Position numbers and translations under genes: made by a program. Positions 16,166 through 20,000 of a stretch of DNA of 20,000 nucleotides are shown here, piece by piece. This stretch comes from an uncultured virus (IMG/VR IMGVR_UViG_3300017771_000002) (taxonomy: Duplodnaviria; Heunggongvirae; Uroviricota; Caudoviricetes): the IMG/VR virus record IMGVR_UViG_3300017771_000002, one strand, 5' to 3'. The notes below the pieces were generated by a model. The model worked only from the letters and a program-made list of their open reading frames with translations, had not been told where the DNA came from and ran no database searches. Positions within the stretch are counted from its first letter, which is position 1; each line of letters begins with the position of its first letter.

Positions 16166-17494
16166 ATGCCTTTATACGAATTTACACCATCTTTCACTGT
16201 TGATCAAACGGATTTAAGTTTGACATCTACAGGTAGCGGAGTACACCTTAAAAAAGATGTTACTGTTAATCTGGGTATTTTAGATAGGGTTAGTGGAGAA
16301 GTAGCGGGTAATGAAGAGCTTTTAGCAAACCCTTATATTAATAATGTTAGCGTAGATATTCTAAATATTGATGGGACTGTTAAGTTTCAAAATTACCTTA
16401 CTGATTACAAGTCTAATATATTTAGTATAACAGAATACAATAACATTAATGTTTTTGGTGAATACACGAAGGACTTCGGTATTAAAGCTACTGTTTCAGA
16501 AAGTTCGCAGACTAACACCTCTGAATTTTATTTTTATGGCAATGTGCCTGAATTTAGTGGTATAACAGTTAGAGATTCAACAGGCACAACTTCTCACTCT
16601 TCATCTGCCAGCAGTAAGACAGTTGTAAATGCAAGCGGTCAAACTGGGGTTTTGACTAGCACCGTAACATTTAATAATAATACCGCTTACACAGCTTTTG
16701 ATAGATTAGAAATTTATAGCTCAACAGGTTCAGCCGTATTTAGTAGCCAGATTAACCCTAACCCAGTTTTTTCACGCAATCTAACCAGTGAGACTATTCA
16801 ATCATTTGATATTAACGAAGGCGCATTGCCTAGTGATACTGGTGTATATCTCCACTTTCTTCCCTACGGTCAGCTTGGAACAGGTGAAGCTTGGACTGTC
16901 GGCCCATACACTTTCAAAGATAATCCTATTCCCACTAATAGGTTTGTCACCACAGAGGATATTACAGGTTTGGGGGGCAGCGATGTAAGAACGGTCACCG
17001 CTGGCGGCAATACCCTTGATTCTAGTGAGACGTTAGCGTTTATAGCAGGTTCGAATATACAAATCACAGAATCTTCTGGTGAAGTTACCATTGCGTCACC
17101 CTCTGGCGTAGCATCAGATGATGTTAACTTTATAGTAAAACTTACTCAGGCTGAGTATGATGCAATAACTCCAGATTCTAATACTTTATATTTTATTAGT
17201 GATGAATCAACTAATTCTCCAGTTGTTAATCCTATAAAAACTGTTACGAGCAACTATACTATCACAGATACAGACCACACAGTTTTAGTTAGCGGTGCAG
17301 CATCAACAAACATTACATTACCTTCAGCCGTAAATAATAGTAATTACGTTTATAATATTAAAAACCTCACAACGGAAGCTGTAAATATAAGTAGTTCAGT
17401 CGGCTCAATTGATTTAAGTAGCTCTGAAACAATTAATTCAAGATTTGAATCTCTGACTGTACAATCTGACGGTTCAAATTGGCATATAATCTAA
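16166..17494 (+). CDS. Tail fibre / tail-tip accessory protein with modular C-terminus
   Basis: Ser/Thr-rich beta protein directly after J. Contains the shared VRTVTAGGNTL module, IVKLTQAEYDAITPDSNTLYFI, and a terminal TNITLPSA...IKN...ID...SLTVQSDGSNWHII domain, all common in phage fibres. Confidence 0.75.
   Translation: MPLYEFTPSFTVDQTDLSLTSTGSGVHLKKDVTVNLGILDRVSGEVAGNEELLANPYINNVSVDILNIDGTVKFQNYLTDYKSNIFSITEYNNINVFGEYTKDFGIKATVSESSQTNTSEFYFYGNVPEFSGITVRDSTGTTSHSSSASSKTVVNASGQTGVLTSTVTFNNNTAYTAFDRLEIYSSTGSAVFSSQINPNPVFSRNLTSETIQSFDINEGALPSDTGVYLHFLPYGQLGTGEAWTVGPYTFKDNPIPTNRFVTTEDITGLGGSDVRTVTAGGNTLDSSETLAFIAGSNIQITESSGEVTIASPSGVASDDVNFIVKLTQAEYDAITPDSNTLYFISDESTNSPVVNPIKTVTSNYTITDTDHTVLVSGAASTNITLPSAVNNSNYVYNIKNLTTEAVNISSSVGSIDLSSSETINSRFESLTVQSDGSNWHII
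16985..17095 (+). repeat. Copy 1 of a ~111-bp coding module shared by two fibre genes
   Basis: VRTVTAGGNTLDSSETLAFIAGSNIQITESSGEVTIA; 22 mismatches in 111 nt against copy 2 by hand alignment. Confidence 0.9.
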
Positions 17495-17499
17495 AAGAT

Positions 17500-19389
17500 A
17501 TGGGAATAAGATTTGGCAACACCCCGATAAGAAATGTGGTTTTAGAGCGTAGCTCCATAGCTAGAACTCCTAAACCTACACCTTGGGTAAGAAATCCTAG
17601 ATGGTTAGATATGCCTACAATAGCATCTAATGAAAGTAGGTTTACTGCTTTAGTAGCTATAAGTAGCGAATTTAAAAATCAATTTGTTTTCCATTTTAAT
17701 ACAACCAGTGGAAATTACACAGTTGATTGGGGTGACGGTAATACAGATACATATAGCGATAACGCTGAAGCAGAACATACATATAATTATTCTGATTTAA
17801 ATGCTAATACTGAATTTACTCATAGCAAGGACGGAAGAACATATAGACAAGCTCTGATATCTGTCACGCCTCAAGCTGGGCAAGGATTCACAAGTTTTGA
17901 TTTGGTCGAAGATCCACCTAATAATGTACATCCTTACGCTAACCCAAGAATGTATTTAGATATTGTTTTTGGTTCTCCCAATTTAACATCTTTTTCAGCG
18001 ATAAGCACTATTGGTGGCAACTTTTGCAAACATCTTGAGCATGTAAAGATAGTCAACTTTAGTGACAGCATGACTAGTTTTAATAATGTTTTTTATACGA
18101 TGTATTACTTAAGGAGTATTGAAATTGATAGAAGCACATCAAATATTTCTAACTGGAACTCAACATTTCATAGTTGTTATGCATTAGAAGAAATACCCGA
18201 ATTAGATTTTAGTGGAGCGACAAACCTAGTTGCAACATTCCAAAACTGCTTCAAACTTACTAAAATACCAGATTCTATTAGTAATGCAGCACCTACCGAC
18301 ACGAGACAAACATTCTATAATTGTACCTCGTTACAAAAGATACCTATGATGAACACTAGCAATTCAACTAGTTTTTCTAACATGTTTTTCTATTGTAGAA
18401 ATTTAAGATTTATTCCTCCTATAGATACATCAAGCGGGACAGATTTTTATAGAATGTTTTATCAATGTGTAAATTTGGAGAAAATCCCTAAAACTTTAGA
18501 TACTTCTTCTACCAATCAATCTGATAGCAACCCAATGTATCAGATGTTCCATAGTTGTAGTAAAATAGAAACTATACCAAAATTAACAAATGTTGTTGGC
18601 GATCTTAGAGGTATGTTTCAAAACTGTTTTTGTTTAAAAAGAATACCTGAGATTGATTTTTCTAATGCCACGAATACCTTGGCTATGTTTAGTGGTTGTT
18701 ATAGTTTGGAAAGTCTTCCAGCTTTAAATATAACAAGCTCTACAAGCACATATCAAATGTTTTATCTTTGCTATAATTTAAAATCTATTGATAGTCTTCC
18801 CACCAATTCATGCACAGATTTTCAATTAATGTTTTATAATTGTAATAATTTAATTCGATTACCAGATGATTTCACTACTATAAGCGCAAGCGATCCTGAT
18901 GCCTTTGAACAATTCCTTGCTGCGACTTATAACTTAACTGAAATTCCAGAGGGAGTATGTAGTGGTTTTGGAAACGCAGGAGTTACAGATTATGAGGAAG
19001 CATTTGAGGCTACATACTTCAATAAACTTCCAGATAGTTTTACAGGAATAAATAATAACGCTGACAATATAACAACAATGAAAGAGATGTTCAATGCTGC
19101 ATTTGGAGTAAGACATGTCCCTACTATTGACGCATCAAATGTTTCTTCGTCACTTGGAAATGCTTTTTATCAGGCGTATTGTTTAGAGTCTGGGGGCATA
19201 CTTTCAGGTGTAACACAGAATGTAAGTTATCGTAGAACCAATATGGATAGAGAGGCTATGACAGCAGTATTTAGCGGTTTAGGAAACGCTAGTAAAACTA
19301 TAAATATTAATGAAACTCCAGCTGAAGGCAATCTTACAGATCAAGATAAAGCAATAGCAACAAACAAAGGGTGGACAATCGCAACATAA
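17500..19389 (+). CDS. BspA/DUF285-type leucine-rich-repeat protein with PKD-like N-terminal motif; candidate receptor-binding tail protein
   Basis: Start revised to ATG 17500. YTVDWGDG...HTY, many ~22-25-aa repeats of type IPxxDTSxxTxFxxMFxxCxxL, and C-terminal LTDQDKAIATNKGWTIA. Confidence 0.85.
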   Translation: MGIRFGNTPIRNVVLERSSIARTPKPTPWVRNPRWLDMPTIASNESRFTALVAISSEFKNQFVFHFNTTSGNYTVDWGDGNTDTYSDNAEAEHTYNYSDLNANTEFTHSKDGRTYRQALISVTPQAGQGFTSFDLVEDPPNNVHPYANPRMYLDIVFGSPNLTSFSAISTIGGNFCKHLEHVKIVNFSDSMTSFNNVFYTMYYLRSIEIDRSTSNISNWNSTFHSCYALEEIPELDFSGATNLVATFQNCFKLTKIPDSISNAAPTDTRQTFYNCTSLQKIPMMNTSNSTSFSNMFFYCRNLRFIPPIDTSSGTDFYRMFYQCVNLEKIPKTLDTSSTNQSDSNPMYQMFHSCSKIETIPKLTNVVGDLRGMFQNCFCLKRIPEIDFSNATNTLAMFSGCYSLESLPALNITSSTSTYQMFYLCYNLKSIDSLPTNSCTDFQLMFYNCNNLIRLPDDFTTISASDPDAFEQFLAATYNLTEIPEGVCSGFGNAGVTDYEEAFEATYFNKLPDSFTGINNNADNITTMKEMFNAAFGVRHVPTIDASNVSSSLGNAFYQAYCLESGGILSGVTQNVSYRRTNMDREAMTAVFSGLGNASKTININETPAEGNLTDQDKAIATNKGWTIAT

Positions 19390-19622
19390 TGGAAGAAGAA
19401 TATTACACAGAAGGATTTTACAAGCATGATAGCGGAGATCTGTTATTCGCTGGTAAAGCCGTCTTCAACAAAGACTTTACTTTATTAAAAGAAGAAAAAA
19501 ATAGTTACAGTTATCCCGTGGACGGCTGGAGCTGGTTTGATACATTGCAACAAGCTTGTGACGCATTCAATCTAGATATTAACGATTACACACAAGAAGA
19601 GGAGGAACCACATGTCATTTAA
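19389..19622 (+). CDS. Small acidic protein following the repeat protein (possible fibre partner/chaperone)
   Basis: Start revised to ATG 19389 (TAATG coupling). GFYK...LLFAG..V...F.L..E....YSYPVDGWSWFD. Confidence 0.7.
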   Translation: MEEEYYTEGFYKHDSGDLLFAGKAVFNKDFTLLKEEKNSYSYPVDGWSWFDTLQQACDAFNLDINDYTQEEEEPHVI

Positions 19623-20000
19623 ACCAATACCAACTTTAGATGGAACTCAGGCCAATTTCACAGGCAATATTACTAGCGCTGGTAATCTTACTGTTGAAGG
19701 CAATATCACGATGAGTGGCAGCGATGTATTAACTGGCGTTAGAACTGTAACCGCTGGCGGCAACACCCTTGGTGCGGGTGAGACGTTAGCGTTTACAGCG
19801 GGTTCGAACATGAAAATAACGGAGTCTGCTGGCGCGGTTACTATTGCAGTAGACGGTTCTGCTGAATTACCCACGGAAACAATTCCTAACCTCGCAACTT
19901 CGAAGATAAACAGTGGCACTTTCGCTAACGCTAGAATTTCTGAGTCTAACGTCACGCAACACCAAGCCGCTCTGACGCTTGCGTCAGGTCAGATTACGGG
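19612..20000 (+). CDS. Tail fibre protein, 3'-truncated; absent from the ORF track
   Basis: ATG 19612: MSFKPIPTLDGTQANFTGNITSAGNLTVEGNITMSGSDVLTGVRTVTAGGNTL...IPNLATSKINSGTFANARIS..., open to the window end. GNLTVEGNIT and IPNL.ASKI.SGTF..ARI are typical fibre repeats. Confidence 0.85.
   Translation, partial: MSFKPIPTLDGTQANFTGNITSAGNLTVEGNITMSGSDVLTGVRTVTAGGNTLGAGETLAFTAGSNMKITESAGAVTIAVDGSAELPTETIPNLATSKINSGTFANARISESNVTQHQAALTLASGQIT
19738..19848 (+). repeat. Copy 2 of the ~111-bp shared fibre module
   Basis: VRTVTAGGNTLGAGETLAFTAGSNMKITESAGAVTIA; about 80% nucleotide identity to 16985-17095. Confidence 0.9.

Noticed and set aside
369..19116. Short alternative-frame or antisense ORFs (369-563, 5949-6146, 6241-6540, 6396-6620, 7646-7873, 10503-10715, 10555-10815, 11917-12114, 12069-12254, 12329-12532, 14317-14556, 15496-15771, 16788-16988, 16870-17091, 18934-19116)
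   Set aside because: All lie within better-supported genes and lack motifs or coupling signals.
18050..19200. CRISPR-like or DNA tandem array
   Set aside because: Periodicity exists only at protein level (LRR). No identical DNA repeats with spacers.
16985..19848. Diversity-generating retroelement TR/VR pair
   Set aside because: Mismatches are mostly synonymous third-position changes, not confined to adenines of one copy. Both copies are coding and no reverse transcriptase is in the window.
19647..19955. 102-aa minus-strand ORF
   Set aside because: Antisense shadow of the plus-strand fibre gene starting at 19612.
1..20000. Alternative genetic code (TAG reassigned)
   Set aside because: Only one internal TAG among all long genes, at a Trp rather than Gln position, and TAG plausibly terminates gpK (11117-11119) and 5435-5749.

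Overview
AT-rich, gene-dense segment of a tailed dsDNA phage genome with a lambda-like (siphovirus-type) tail tip. No tRNA, rRNA, CRISPR array or transposase was seen. Left (365-5447, +): a translationally coupled operon encoding a Whirly-like ssDNA-binding protein, a multidomain GT4 glycosyltransferase (Zn-ribbon insert, DUF4214-like segment, GT9-like N-terminal lobe), a protein with the complementary GT9-like C-terminal lobe, a probable single-strand annealing protein, a GNAT acetyltransferase and small overlapping genes. Middle (5435-8716): membrane/envelope genes, including a PEP-CTERM-type surface protein and a nested Rz/Rz1-like spanin candidate pair. Right (8757-20000, +): tail-tip genes L, K, I, J, then tail-fibre modules and a BspA/DUF285 repeat protein. 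Most notable: (1) gpJ is one 1488-codon frame broken by a single in-frame TAG at the conserved Trp of WTDNPA[W]ILYDLL; (2) virion proteins are rich in Thr-Gly/Ser-Gly dipeptides next to a phage glycosyltransferase cluster, suggesting possible virion glycosylation; (3) a phage-borne PEP-CTERM protein; (4) a GTGTAAT motif just upstream of three intergenic start codons (candidate leaderless late promoter); (5) a ~111-bp module shared by two fibre genes. All family calls come from motif recognition by eye and no database search was run.
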